From IMG/VR virus record IMGVR_UViG_3300049215_000223, positions 1 to 64,000 of that record: a stretch of DNA of 64,000 nucleotides, one strand, 5' to 3'. Positions 1 through 8,731 of this stretch are shown here, piece after piece. The notes beneath the pieces are model-generated. The model did not search any database. It was not told the DNA's origin and saw only the letters and a program-made list of their open reading frames with translations. How positions within the stretch are numbered: position 1 is the stretch's first letter; the number at the start of each line of letters is the position of its first letter. Source of the DNA: a virus. The translations under genes were made by a program, and so were the position numbers.

Positions 1-5
1 AGACC

Positions 6-75
6 AAATAGTATGGGAATTGAACCCATCTCGATTCTATTACAAGTAGAACTGAAGCACCAGCTTCCACTATTA
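6..75 (-). tRNA. Degenerate tRNA-Thr(TGT)-like gene
   Basis: Minus strand: acceptor AATAGT/ACTATT, shortened D-arm AAGC-TGGT-GCTT, anticodon arm TTCTA-CTTGTAA-TAGAA, T-arm ATGGG-TTCAATT-CCCAT; no encoded CCA; non-canonical spacing. Confidence 0.5.
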
Positions 76-96
76 TATTGCCATCACATCACTCAG

Positions 97-139
97 CGCA
101 TTGACCAGGACTCGAACCTGATTGGTTGCCATACAATGC
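97..139 (-). ncRNA. tRNA minihelix-like element (acceptor stem plus T-arm, no anticodon arm)
   Basis: GCATTG...CAATGC stem enclosing CAGG-TTCGAGT-CCTG T-arm; only about 13 nt replace the D and anticodon arms. Confidence 0.35.
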
Positions 140-227
140 TTTAGATATTATTTGTTATCAATAGGATGACCGCAAGACTGACAGTTCATATGTCGATAAT
201 CAATTTGAGGAATAGAAATTAGTAACA

Positions 228-530
228 TTAGCACACCGCCGAATGTTCCCAGCCATCATAATCTTCTGGTCAAACACTAAGAACATCAGAAACAAATTCT
301 CTGTCTAGATCACCAAACTTCTCTTCAAAAGAAGCTGGCGTGTAAGTTTGACTCAAAGGAGATACTTGGGCATGAAAGGGGATTCCATATTTTTCTGAAA
401 TCTTTACAGCCTCTTTGATTGCCTTCTCTGCAATTTCTAATTGAATTCCAACTTCATCATCAAACTTATCAGCTAGAGCTTTGAACTCGTCTTCAAGTTT
501 CAGTTCTTCCTCAGTCTTGTCGTCATCCAT
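228..530 (-). pseudogene. GWxSSxxC-family small protein interrupted by an in-frame TGA (270-272)
   Basis: Track ORF stops at SDVLSV; the same frame continues PEDYDGWEHSAVC-TAA, matching the family C-terminus. Confidence 0.6.
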
Positions 531-539
531 AATATACTC

Positions 540-1511
540 CTATAGTTGTTTTGCTTTGGCTAGGTACCAGCCACGAGCTTTATCACTCAGCGGTTTCTGG
601 ACTTGCTTCCAATCCAGATTGCTAGCTGCCATTTCGTCTTGGGTTTCTTTTTGAACATCACCAAGAACCCAGGCTACGAATTTACCAGTCAGCTTCATAT
701 CAACACCGCCGACCGCCGTAGCGCCTTGGTCTAGACGAGCCTCAGTCAATACCATCGAAACGAAGGCATCAATGCTGGCAGCGGATGCTGCGTCAACCTG
801 AGCCGGTTTAGCAGTAGCAATGTTCTTATGCTTCTCACCTTTAGCTTTGAAGACTAGATTGGCGAAATTGGTATAACCAAGATGCTCTTGGGTAGTCGGG
901 TAAAAGACTAGACCTTCACCAGTGCCTTTGATGCCGAAAATAGCTTCCACCCAGGGATCGTTTTCTTCAACCGCACTTACCCAACTATTGATGTTATCCA
1001 CATCCTTAGTCAAAGTCTCGCTAGAAGCTGACCATTCCATATCCAAACCTTCATTGTACCAGGGTAGAATGTAGGTGTCAGGAATGCCGCCTACGATATG
1101 CTTTAGGTCGCCTGGCTCAATGACCAGGGATTCAGGATTCTCCATGGAACGAACGGCAAAGACCGCAAAGCACTTCTTGGGAAGTGTAGAGACCGCAACA
1201 CCTTTTTGAATGCCGGGACCGATCCATTCGCCATAGACGATATGGTTGTTCTTAAGATTCCACTTATCTTTGTTCTCTTCAACCCACCTGGCGAAGCCCG
1301 CATTGTCGTTACCAACTGACAGTTCAGCGGTACGACTTTGGGCAATCACCCTACCATCTTGATGACATTGGATGGCAGCGTTGGTACCATGGAGTTTTAC
1401 TTTTGGTCGATAGTGTACCAGGCTCTTACCATTTAGAATCTCTGGATGAGCGGAAGTAAACTTGCGTATATTGTGAAAACTTTCAATCTCTGTCCAAGCT
1501 ACAAATGCCAT
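540..1511 (-). CDS. RNA ligase, Rnl2 family
   Basis: Nucleotidyltransferase motifs: KLHGTN (I), QSR, VYGEWIG (III), FAVF (IIIa), GEGLVF (IV), FKAK (V). Confidence 0.88.
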   Translation of the reverse strand: MAFVAWTEIESFHNIRKFTSAHPEILNGKSLVHYRPKVKLHGTNAAIQCHQDGRVIAQSRTAELSVGNDNAGFARWVEENKDKWNLKNNHIVYGEWIGPGIQKGVAVSTLPKKCFAVFAVRSMENPESLVIEPGDLKHIVGGIPDTYILPWYNEGLDMEWSASSETLTKDVDNINSWVSAVEENDPWVEAIFGIKGTGEGLVFYPTTQEHLGYTNFANLVFKAKGEKHKNIATAKPAQVDAASAASIDAFVSMVLTEARLDQGATAVGGVDMKLTGKFVAWVLGDVQKETQDEMAASNLDWKQVQKPLSDKARGWYLAKAKQL

Positions 1512-1666
1512 TATCTTCCTCTTGATTTAGTACTCAGTCGTGATCTAAATTTTTTCTTCTTTTGTTCCTGAGGAAACTTATAGAAGAATAGATAGATCAT
1601 TAGACAGATATCAAAGATACAAATTATAATATCTACGATACTGAGTATGATATCTAACTTATCCAT
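1511..1666 (-). CDS. 51-aa single-pass membrane protein (not in ORF track)
   Basis: MDKLDIILSIVDIIICIFDICLMIYLFFYKFPQEQKKKKFRSRLSTKSRGR; TAATG overlaps with both neighbours. Confidence 0.55.
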   Translation of the reverse strand: MDKLDIILSIVDIIICIFDICLMIYLFFYKFPQEQKKKKFRSRLSTKSRGR

Positions 1667-2076
1667 TAGCAGTAGCTACTAGAAGTAGACCAGCCAGCAG
1701 AATTGATTTCGGTTTCCAAATCGGAAACATCAATCATCTCTAGCTTTTGAGCCAGATAACAATCACCTTCATCACGTAGCCATTGACTATTGAAAAGAGC
1801 AGGTAAGTTAGCTTCTTCGCGGAGCCGATTAACTTCCCTCAAAGCCTTGGTTGCTTCCCTGATCTTGCGATTAATCTGAGAGGCGGTATCACCAAACTCA
1901 GCTTCCAAGTCTTTGTAAAGGTTAACATCGTTGACGTTGACCTTCCCAAGTCCGCCCTCTTCCCATTCAATCGCAATGATCTCGGGACCATCTTTAAGTT
2001 GATTGCCAATCACGACACCAACATTACCATCCTCATCTTGGATCTTGGTGTTGATTTCCATTTCAATAGCTTTCAT
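1666..2076 (-). CDS. GWxSSxxC-family protein (beta-rich N-terminus, coiled coil)
   Basis: AAGGAG RBS before MKAIEME; ends SAGWSTSSSYC. Confidence 0.75.
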   Translation of the reverse strand: MKAIEMEINTKIQDEDGNVGVVIGNQLKDGPEIIAIEWEEGGLGKVNVNDVNLYKDLEAEFGDTASQINRKIREATKALREVNRLREEANLPALFNSQWLRDEGDCYLAQKLEMIDVSDLETEINSAGWSTSSSYC

Positions 2077-2086
2077 GATATCTCCT

Positions 2087-2491
2087 TTAGCAATGCAACG
2101 AAGATGTAGACCAACCGGCAGCATCCATTGCTCGAAGCAAAGGACCAACAGCCTCATACATTTCGTGCAGGTCTTGACCTCCAGCTTCAGCCATCTTAAC
2201 AGCTTCAGTCAGCTTGTTAGCGGCTTCCTGAACCCTTTCACGACATGCGGTTTGTAGCTTTGAGAACTCTTCAGATAGGCGATCGTATTCAGCCTTCGCA
2301 TCAGCCTCCAACATCAAAGCCGAAGTTTTGACTTTGTTGACCGTATCGCCCGCCCAACGCTTATCCCATTTAACAACTACCACATTAGGATCATCAGTCT
2401 GAGCAATTACTTTGCCAACAGGCGGAGGATTTTCATACCTGGCATTGGTCTTGCTAACCTTTTCCGAGACACGAGTTCCGATGCTAAACAT
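2087..2491 (-). CDS. GWxSSxxC-family protein
   Basis: AAGGA RBS before MFSIGTRV; ends AAGWSTSSLHC. Confidence 0.75.
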   Translation of the reverse strand: MFSIGTRVSEKVSKTNARYENPPPVGKVIAQTDDPNVVVVKWDKRWAGDTVNKVKTSALMLEADAKAEYDRLSEEFSKLQTACRERVQEAANKLTEAVKMAEAGGQDLHEMYEAVGPLLRAMDAAGWSTSSLHC

Positions 2492-2543
2492 TTTGTTTTC
2501 CTTTATTGTTGAGAATTTATCCACTGTTAATTTTTTGTCAAGA

Positions 2544-2711
2544 CTAGTATTTGGAGCCAGTGAAGGGTTTGACCAAACCAGACTGAACGTCCTTCTGAAA
2601 TTTGTCCCAGTAACCCTCTGGATACAATTTAAGAATTTCCAAAGCGTTCTCATAGGCAAACTCTCGGAACCAACCGGAAGTAATGCTAGAACATACCTTG
2701 GAAAGTGCAAA
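2544..2711 (-). pseudogene. Orphan duplicate of the C-terminal 55 aa of the 3016..3933 protein
   Basis: FALSKVCSSITSGWFREFAYENALEILKLYPEGYWDKFQKDVQSGLVKPFTGSKY vs FALSKVCSSITSGWFRAFAYENALDILKLYPIGYWEKFQEDIKKGLVKPFTKSSVSY. Confidence 0.9.
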
Positions 2712-3041
2712 TATAATCTTTCTAAAAAAGAATATCTCAATCAGAAACGACAAGAGCGTCGTCAATCAAGATATCTTTATTTATTGAATTATTTATCAAA
2801 TCATGGGTGCGTGGATTGCGGAGAAACCGATCCTATCGTATTAGATTTTGACCATGTATCAGGTGACAAAATTGACGCTCTTAGTCATATGGCACATGCT
2901 GTTAGACCAATGGATGTTATCCAACAAGAGATTGAAAAATGTCAGATTAGATGTTCAAACTGCCATAGAAGAAAAACTGCCAAGGAGCAGAATTGGTACT
3001 ACTATGTAGATTTTTCTAATATGACACTGAAGACTTCGTAA
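2712..3041 (+). mobile_element. HNH endonuclease ORF, antisense to its neighbours, no nearby start codon
   Basis: CVDCGETDPIVLDFDHV...CQIRCSNCHRRKT; nearest in-frame ATGs (2412, 2481) lie inside antisense host genes. Confidence 0.8.
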
Positions 3042-3933
3042 AGGGTTTTACTAGACCTTTCTTGATATCTTCCTGGAATTTTTCCCAGTATCCAATAGGA
3101 TATAGCTTCAAGATATCAAGAGCGTTTTCGTATGCGAAAGCTCTAAACCAACCACTGGTAATAGAGCTGCACACTTTACTCAAGGCAAACTTCCAGGCGT
3201 ATTCTGGAGTCCATACATTGGGGTGTGGTACGAGAGAACGCTCAATGGCAAGAACGGCAGCCTCTTCGATAACACCATTCATTCGCACTTCCTTGGGAAG
3301 AGCAAAGAATTTGTTCTTGTCGCACTGAACCTGCTCGCCATCCTTCATGTAATAGGTGTAAGCTGGTCGCTCACCACGAGCAACGGATTCATGAATAGTA
3401 TCATGGTCATACACGTACTGAATAGCGTCGTCAGCAAAGAACCCATCCTTGGATTGATTCAGTTTGGGGTGAGAATAGTTGTAGGTCTCTTTCTCACGGA
3501 GCTTGAAGAAGGCTTGGTACTCCGGGCGAATCTCACAACCCACATGTTTCAACACATGGTAGTCAAGTAGAGTCTTCCAGAAGTGTGGGCTGTTCTTCAA
3601 GTACTTATGTGAAGCCTTGATGGTGAACAGCATGTCCAGCGAGGGAACATCACCGAAAGGAGTCTCGATAGATTCCGGATCACCTTCTACGATATCCAAA
3701 AGCATTTCCGTGCTGGTACCAGGAACATTGATTTCGAATTCGCAGTTGGTAGAACCTTCCACGATCATCTTGTTCTTGACAGCATACACCTTGGTCGGAT
3801 TGACCTTGGCGGAATTCTTTTCCATCCAAGTATCAAACTCTTCCTTCGTGCAAACGAAGTCAAAGTCCTTAGGTTGACGCATCAAAAGCTTGGGCGCGCG
3901 AAGTGCCAAAGCACGAGAGCCAATGAGAATCAT
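3016..3933 (-). CDS. Putative nucleotidyltransferase-fold phage protein
   Basis: N-terminal LIGSRAL...KDFDF fits the hGS..DxD NTase signature; C-terminal HDxxHE motif. Confidence 0.55.
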   Translation of the reverse strand: MILIGSRALALRAPKLLMRQPKDFDFVCTKEEFDTWMEKNSAKVNPTKVYAVKNKMIVEGSTNCEFEINVPGTSTEMLLDIVEGDPESIETPFGDVPSLDMLFTIKASHKYLKNSPHFWKTLLDYHVLKHVGCEIRPEYQAFFKLREKETYNYSHPKLNQSKDGFFADDAIQYVYDHDTIHESVARGERPAYTYYMKDGEQVQCDKNKFFALPKEVRMNGVIEEAAVLAIERSLVPHPNVWTPEYAWKFALSKVCSSITSGWFRAFAYENALDILKLYPIGYWEKFQEDIKKGLVKPFTKSSVSY

Positions 3934-3951
3934 TTTCTAGATTTTTCTTTC

Positions 3952-4195
3952 TTAGCATGGTGTTCCCGAAGGAGACCACCCCTCATCATCATAATCGTAT
4001 GCGCCATTGCGATAGCCTAGATTGCACTCATAGGTAGAGCTATTCCAGCCTTCATCTCTAACGCCCCGTCTTTTGGATTAATAGCTGAATCAAAGCGTCC
4101 ACATCTACTGGAGACAGCTCACCTCGCGACTCCTTGTCGCGAATCTGTTGGTAAGTTTCTTGCATCAGCTTTTCAAATTCAGCATTCAAATCCAT
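3952..4195 (-). pseudogene. GWxSSxxC-family protein with a 1-nt frameshift at the G4 run (4064-4067)
   Basis: MDLNAEFEKLMQ...IQKTG then +1 frame VRDEGWNSSTYEC...EGWSPSGTPC-stop. Confidence 0.6.
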
Positions 4196-4209
4196 TTTGA
4201 ATTCCTTAT

Positions 4210-4407
4210 TCAACCACACCAATTAGAACGACGCCAAGCTTCATCGGGCATTGGACCAAGATGGTCCTTCATGCCTAGGCGTTCTTCCAACATTTTCTGA
4301 AGCTTCTCAGCTTCCTCCTTACTATGCTTACGTTCCCTGTAATCATAGCGTAAGTTTTCAAAAACTGACTGCATCAGCTTTTAAAACTCCCATTCTAAAT
4401 CATCCAT
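4210..4407 (-). pseudogene. Paralog of 3952..4195 with in-frame TAA at codon 9
   Basis: MDDLEWEF*KLMQSVF...EAWRRSNWCG aligns with MDLNAEFEKLMQETY. Confidence 0.55.
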
Positions 4408-4562
4408 TAATGCTTCCCTCTACACCAACAGGCGCAATGTGCAATGCACAATGCACAGTTTACGAGAGCAAACTTCATCCGGTTGCCAATTGCAATTGTC
4501 ACCGTCAATTTCGTTTGCCCTGCAATAAATAGATTTTTTTTGCTTGAGGCTTCTTATCTCTC

Positions 4563-4582
4563 AGAGAGAGAGAGAGAGAGAG
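4563..4582. repeat. (AG)10 dinucleotide microsatellite
   Basis: Read directly; lies in a short hydrophobic minus-strand ORF starting at 4628. Confidence 0.95.
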
Positions 4583-4629
4583 CTAGCAATAAGCCGCCCA
4601 CAATACCAATACAAATAGCTGTAATCATA

Positions 4630-5025
4630 TTAACACCAAAGAGAAGAGCTGCTCCAACCACCATGTTCGATGGTTGATTCTAGCTCCTTTACATCAATGA
4701 GTTTCAATCGATGCAAATCGTAATGACTAACCTTAGATTTATTTTCTAGATTGTGAAGCTCTTGTAATGCATGAAAGGCTACTTGAAAGGCGTCTTTGGC
4801 AGCATCTATTTTGGATTGATACTCTACAGCAGTCTTCTTAATCTCTTCTAGATCGTAGAGGTGAAGCTCCTTAATATCAAAACTATCTGCCGCCCCGGAG
4901 GAGTCATTTGCAGGTTTGACTTGTACCAAACCATCCGCATCGGGCTGGGTAGTTACAATGTAACGATACTCGATACCATCACAAGTGAAAACCTCAGCGC
5001 CAACAACACAATCTTTTGCTTTCAT
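4630..5025 (-). CDS. GWxSSxxC-family protein
   Basis: Ends HGGWSSSSLWC. Confidence 0.75.
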   Translation of the reverse strand: MKAKDCVVGAEVFTCDGIEYRYIVTTQPDADGLVQVKPANDSSGAADSFDIKELHLYDLEEIKKTAVEYQSKIDAAKDAFQVAFHALQELHNLENKSKVSHYDLHRLKLIDVKELESTIEHGGWSSSSLWC

Positions 5026-5031
5026 GATTCC

Positions 5032-5403
5032 TCAGTAGCAGTTAGAAGAAGACCAGCCAACGTCCATGGCAATCTCCTTCAATAGGCTAGTGTCAAGGTC
5101 GTAGTCGTAAGACAGGTTGCGAATAGTCGTGCCGCGCTTTTCAGCTATGTCCCTAGCTTCTGATAGAAGCTCTGTAGCTTGTTCAAGCTTTGCTTTAATC
5201 TGTTCAAAGTCCTTCTCAAAGGACTCATCATAGGCTTCTAGACAATCGAATGCTACCCTATCTAGCTCGCCATCTTCCCATTCGACAGCAATCATATCCG
5301 GTTCGGAAACGCTACGACCAATTACCGTAGCCTTACGAGGGGGATCCCAATCGGCATGACGGGCGATTACTTTCATACCAGCTTCAAAGTCTTCAGCTTC
5401 CAT
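5032..5403 (-). CDS. GWxSSxxC-family protein
   Basis: IAVEWEDGEL matches IAIEWEEGGL of 1666..2076; ends VGWSSSNCY. Confidence 0.75.
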   Translation of the reverse strand: MEAEDFEAGMKVIARHADWDPPRKATVIGRSVSEPDMIAVEWEDGELDRVAFDCLEAYDESFEKDFEQIKAKLEQATELLSEARDIAEKRGTTIRNLSYDYDLDTSLLKEIAMDVGWSSSNCY

Positions 5404-5413
5404 TTTATTCTCT

Positions 5414-5818
5414 TTATTGAGTTACTTGTTGTCTCATCCTGGCATAGCGGGCAAATGCTTCTGCCGCAACTACCTTAGCCCCCTCACATAGGAAGCAATT
5501 AACATGAGTTACTGTATATCCAGTAGCCGTTTCTAAACGGTTCTCAAAGTGTCCCGCGCCCGCACATGCAGGACAAGTATTCTTGGTAACATCATCATTA
5601 CCAGCCAAGTCTTCGAGCACTTCCATATCTGAAATATACTCCTGAACAAGCTCAAGTGCCTCTGGACTGAGAGTTACTTCTTTTGCTTTTACGTAAGTTT
5701 GAGAAGCATCTTTTTCTAATTCTACCGAATAGAATGTTACTTGATCATTCTCAATACAGTGTGCTACAACTTTTCCAAATCCTCTAGGTGTGTTTACCCT
5801 AGTGCCTTTATGAAACAT
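5414..5818 (-). CDS. Hypothetical protein with DnaJ-like CxxCxGxG zinc motif
   Basis: CPACAGAG...CFLCEG. Confidence 0.6.
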   Translation of the reverse strand: MFHKGTRVNTPRGFGKVVAHCIENDQVTFYSVELEKDASQTYVKAKEVTLSPEALELVQEYISDMEVLEDLAGNDDVTKNTCPACAGAGHFENRLETATGYTVTHVNCFLCEGAKVVAAEAFARYARMRQQVTQ

Positions 5819-6077
5819 TGCTCTTTACCTTTCCAATTAAATCCTAACTGCGAATATTGAGGATGTAATTATAGGCACGAACATTTCGTTAGGCAAGGGG
5901 TACCATTTAGAAAAAATGATTCCCCTATCGGAAGGTTGGATTAGGCATCCGCAGGAGGATGTTGAAGAACATCTACCGCAGCCATCACCATATGGCTACA
6001 ATTTTCTTCTTGGTCAATCAGCCAGTAATAGGCTGCCAGAACGAACAGAGCCGTGATGTGTTCATTATGAGAACGAA

Positions 6078-6389
6078 TCATTTCTTTTCCCTTTGGGCAA
6101 GAAGAATTTCCCAAGTTTCCGGATCCAAATCAGGAAGAATCTTTCGGAAGCGTTCAATATCTTCCTCACGTTCCAATGACTTGTGGTCCAGGTTCCTGTG
6201 CCGCCAGATACGCAATTCTTCCAGAAGCCTATCTCGAATGAGATTCGTTTCGATTAGAAGCGATTCGGCATCCGTCAAGGCTTTCTTAGCTTGAGAAACC
6301 TTGCTACGAATGCCCTTCTGCTCACGTTCTACTTCTGCAATCTTGAGAAGCAACGCCTCCTCTTGGAGGCGTTGCGCTTCGGTCAACAT
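6078..6389 (-). CDS. Coiled-coil hypothetical protein
   Basis: Heptad-like E/K/R/L-rich sequence from MLTEAQ; start uncertain. Confidence 0.55.
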   Translation of the reverse strand: MLTEAQRLQEEALLLKIAEVEREQKGIRSKVSQAKKALTDAESLLIETNLIRDRLLEELRIWRHRNLDHKSLEREEDIERFRKILPDLDPETWEILLAQREKK

Positions 6390-6412
6390 GCGAATCTCGT
6401 TTGTGAAATTGT

Positions 6413-6685
6413 TTACAGACCCAAGTGAATGCGATCGTTCACATTCATCTTGAGGATTGACTTCTGAGCTTCGGGGCTGAGACCATTCCAAATCTCGACA
6501 CCCTTCTCCGAAGAGCTGATCTCTCGTACGATCTCCCATCCGCGCCCACACTCGACTTCGATCCACTTGTTGGTCTCTTCATCGCGAACCCATTTCGTGT
6601 AAATGCGGTCTCGGCGTTCGACCACGATCTTGTGGCACTTGTCACCCAGATTTGTCATACGACCAGTAACTTGACATTGAAACAT
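6413..6685 (-). CDS. Hypothetical protein
   Basis: AAGGAG RBS; MFQCQVTGR...GRGWEIVREI. Confidence 0.65.
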   Translation of the reverse strand: MFQCQVTGRMTNLGDKCHKIVVERRDRIYTKWVRDEETNKWIEVECGRGWEIVREISSSEKGVEIWNGLSPEAQKSILKMNVNDRIHLGL

Positions 6686-6697
6686 TTGATTTCTCCT

Positions 6698-6913
6698 TTA
6701 CCTCTTTTGAGGCATGTGTTTTTCACAAGAACATTTGGGCATCCAAAACCTTACTGTAACAATCACGCAGACAGCCATGACCAGTAAGGATTTGAATTCA
6801 ACCCTATAGCCTTCACCAACAATCAGGTTGTTGATTGTCCATAAACATGCAAGCGTGATTACACACTTGATGGTATATGGAATAACCCAATTGGTAATGA
6901 AGAATTTAAACAT
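6698..6913 (-). CDS. Small two-TM membrane protein
   Basis: Two hydrophobic segments. Confidence 0.55.
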   Translation of the reverse strand: MFKFFITNWVIPYTIKCVITLACLWTINNLIVGEGYRVEFKSLLVMAVCVIVTVRFWMPKCSCEKHMPQKR

Positions 6914-6924
6914 GACCTACCCTA

Positions 6925-7203
6925 TCACGAATCAGATTCGTCGTCAGCCTGCGTGCGCCGACGATGTTCCGCCTTCGTGTGCTTGTTGCGATCTTCCTTC
7001 TTCTCTCGTGCCTTGAGCGCGGGATTGAAAGGAATCAGATGCTTCCATTCGTCCATGATGTAGCTGTCGCGACCAAAGTCAACGACAACTTCATTCTCGG
7101 AATTGCCCACACGCGCATAGACAACGCCCTTTGCGCCCGCGAGATCCTCCGCGAACTTTGCGCCAACGTACGAAACTTCATCATCCTTCATGAAACGAGC
7201 CAT
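6925..7203 (-). CDS. Hypothetical protein (SH3-like beta N-terminus)
   Basis: AAGGA RBS; GAKGVVYARV...VVVDF. Confidence 0.6.
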   Translation of the reverse strand: MARFMKDDEVSYVGAKFAEDLAGAKGVVYARVGNSENEVVVDFGRDSYIMDEWKHLIPFNPALKAREKKEDRNKHTKAEHRRRTQADDESDS

Positions 7204-7625
7204 GTATTTATTCCTTATTCTTGATTACTTGTGGACGCCACAAAACCTTGAGATGTTTACGGCATCTCAAACATTCCAAATTGCCACCGCCCCAATCGTG
7301 AAATTCATGAGGCTGATGACCTACAATCCAACACCAAGGACGGAGATTTAATTTAGTGATAGTCAGACTAACAATCATTCACAGGTCATCTGATGCTATC
7401 GAGTTGTTGGTTCCTGCTCCGGTTAACGGTGATTGAACCTTTTGCGTCGATTCTAAGTGCCGATCCGCTACACCTGTGTGTCTATCTATTTAATATAAAA
7501 GTCATAACCAACCTACCACACCGAGAGAGGGTTAAGCCTAGCTGTTTCATTTTCACTCATTATCCCGCTAAGCGAACAATGATATGACACGTTTTATCTT
7601 TTAACGGACAAACGTGTAAAACTTT

Positions 7626-7988
7626 TTACTTCTTGGACTTGTGCTTGGCAGCCTTGGTAGCAGCACGCTCCAAAGCAACACGCGCAACATTCGTCTCGCT
7701 GCGCTTTTGATTCAAGCTTCCGTGCTTGTGCGCAAGCCAATCCTTGGCAACCTGCTCGCCTTCGGCGGCAAGCTTGGTTGCAAAGACCTTGAGCGAAGGC
7801 GCTCCCTTGGAAGGCTTCCAGGTCTTGCGATGAGGATGAGCATCGTTGCTCGTATCTTCACGCGTGAAATGTGCTTGATGCCAACGCTGCTTGATCGTAA
7901 GCTGCGTTGTGGCAGTACCGACTTCACCACGCGGTCCACGCGCAGCCTCTTGCGGCACTTCCTCTTGAGTCTCTTTCATGTCTTCCAT
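7626..7988 (-). CDS. Basic hypothetical protein
   Basis: 120-aa ORF in gene-dense strand context. Confidence 0.6.
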   Translation of the reverse strand: MEDMKETQEEVPQEAARGPRGEVGTATTQLTIKQRWHQAHFTREDTSNDAHPHRKTWKPSKGAPSLKVFATKLAAEGEQVAKDWLAHKHGSLNQKRSETNVARVALERAATKAAKHKSKK

Positions 7989-8354
7989 ATCTCTGTTCCT
8001 TTGGCACTCGCTATTGCGATTCAGGGATTGTTGATGCGGCAGAGCAGACTTACCGTATCGATTGTCAATTTCCTCGTCTGTAGGTTTCCCCTATTCATTG
8101 GGGATTCGCCCATGCACGGGAGCTAGTTCTGCGGGGAGAAAAGAGTACATTCTTTTTCCTTGCGTCGGCTTTTCACCGCGAGTGTTTATTAATTTCCCCC
8201 AATACCTGTATCCACACAACTCGTTCTATTGGGTAATTCTTCAAACCTGTTTTATAGACTCCGGTGCCTAAATTACTTAGCATGCCAGCACCATCTATGT
8301 CTCAGGCAAGAAGAAGATTTTTAGAATCTAAGCATGACCAAGTAACTGTCAAGC

Positions 8355-8561
8355 TCAGTTCAGATTTTTATTATCCAATGGCTCGAAGCCCATCATGGCA
8401 CGGATGTAAGCTTCCTCCGTCCACCCACATGCATTGATGAAATCTGCAATGAATTCGCAGTGTTGGCTGATGGAATCGTCATCATCAGGATCGATCTTCT
8501 TATCGTAAAGAAGATCAACTTGTTTGGATACATACTCGTACGGAAGTTTCGGCAGGTTCAA
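8355..8561 (-). CDS. Small hypothetical protein, paralog of 8558..8731
   Basis: Shared ACGWT motif; ATGA overlap. Confidence 0.6.
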   Translation of the reverse strand: MNLPKLPYEYVSKQVDLLYDKKIDPDDDDSISQHCEFIADFINACGWTEEAYIRAMMGFEPLDNKNLN

Positions 8562-8731
8562 TTTGAACTCTCCTTGTAGTTCAGTAGTTCATCCCATGTC
8601 CAACCACAGGCTTGCATATATGCTTCAATTGTAGCAGCGCATTCTTCTGCCTGCTCTATGTTCTCTAGCTTACCACCAAAGAGCAATTGGTCAAGACCCA
8701 GAACCATTTGGCTGTAAGATAAACGTTTCAT
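8558..8731 (-). CDS. Small hypothetical protein, paralog of 8355..8561
   Basis: MKRLSYSQ start overlaps matrixin stop; ACGWT motif. Confidence 0.6.
   Translation of the reverse strand: MKRLSYSQMVLGLDQLLFGGKLENIEQAEECAATIEAYMQACGWTWDELLNYKESSN

Noticed and set aside
270-295. Selenocysteine at the TGA of 228..530
   Set aside because: Only a 4-bp CCAG/CTGG pairing follows, there is no redox motif context, and no sel genes are visible; a Trp nonsense change is simpler.
2412-2711. N-terminal 100 aa of the 209-aa HNH ORF in the track
   Set aside because: This part is the antisense reading of the orphan C-terminal duplicate and the 2087..2491 gene; it is unlikely to be real HNH sequence.
7400-7560. 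Minus-strand frame with four in-frame TAGs readable as Gln
   Set aside because: No homology or RBS support; competing frames are equally plausible, and TAG is a functional stop elsewhere.
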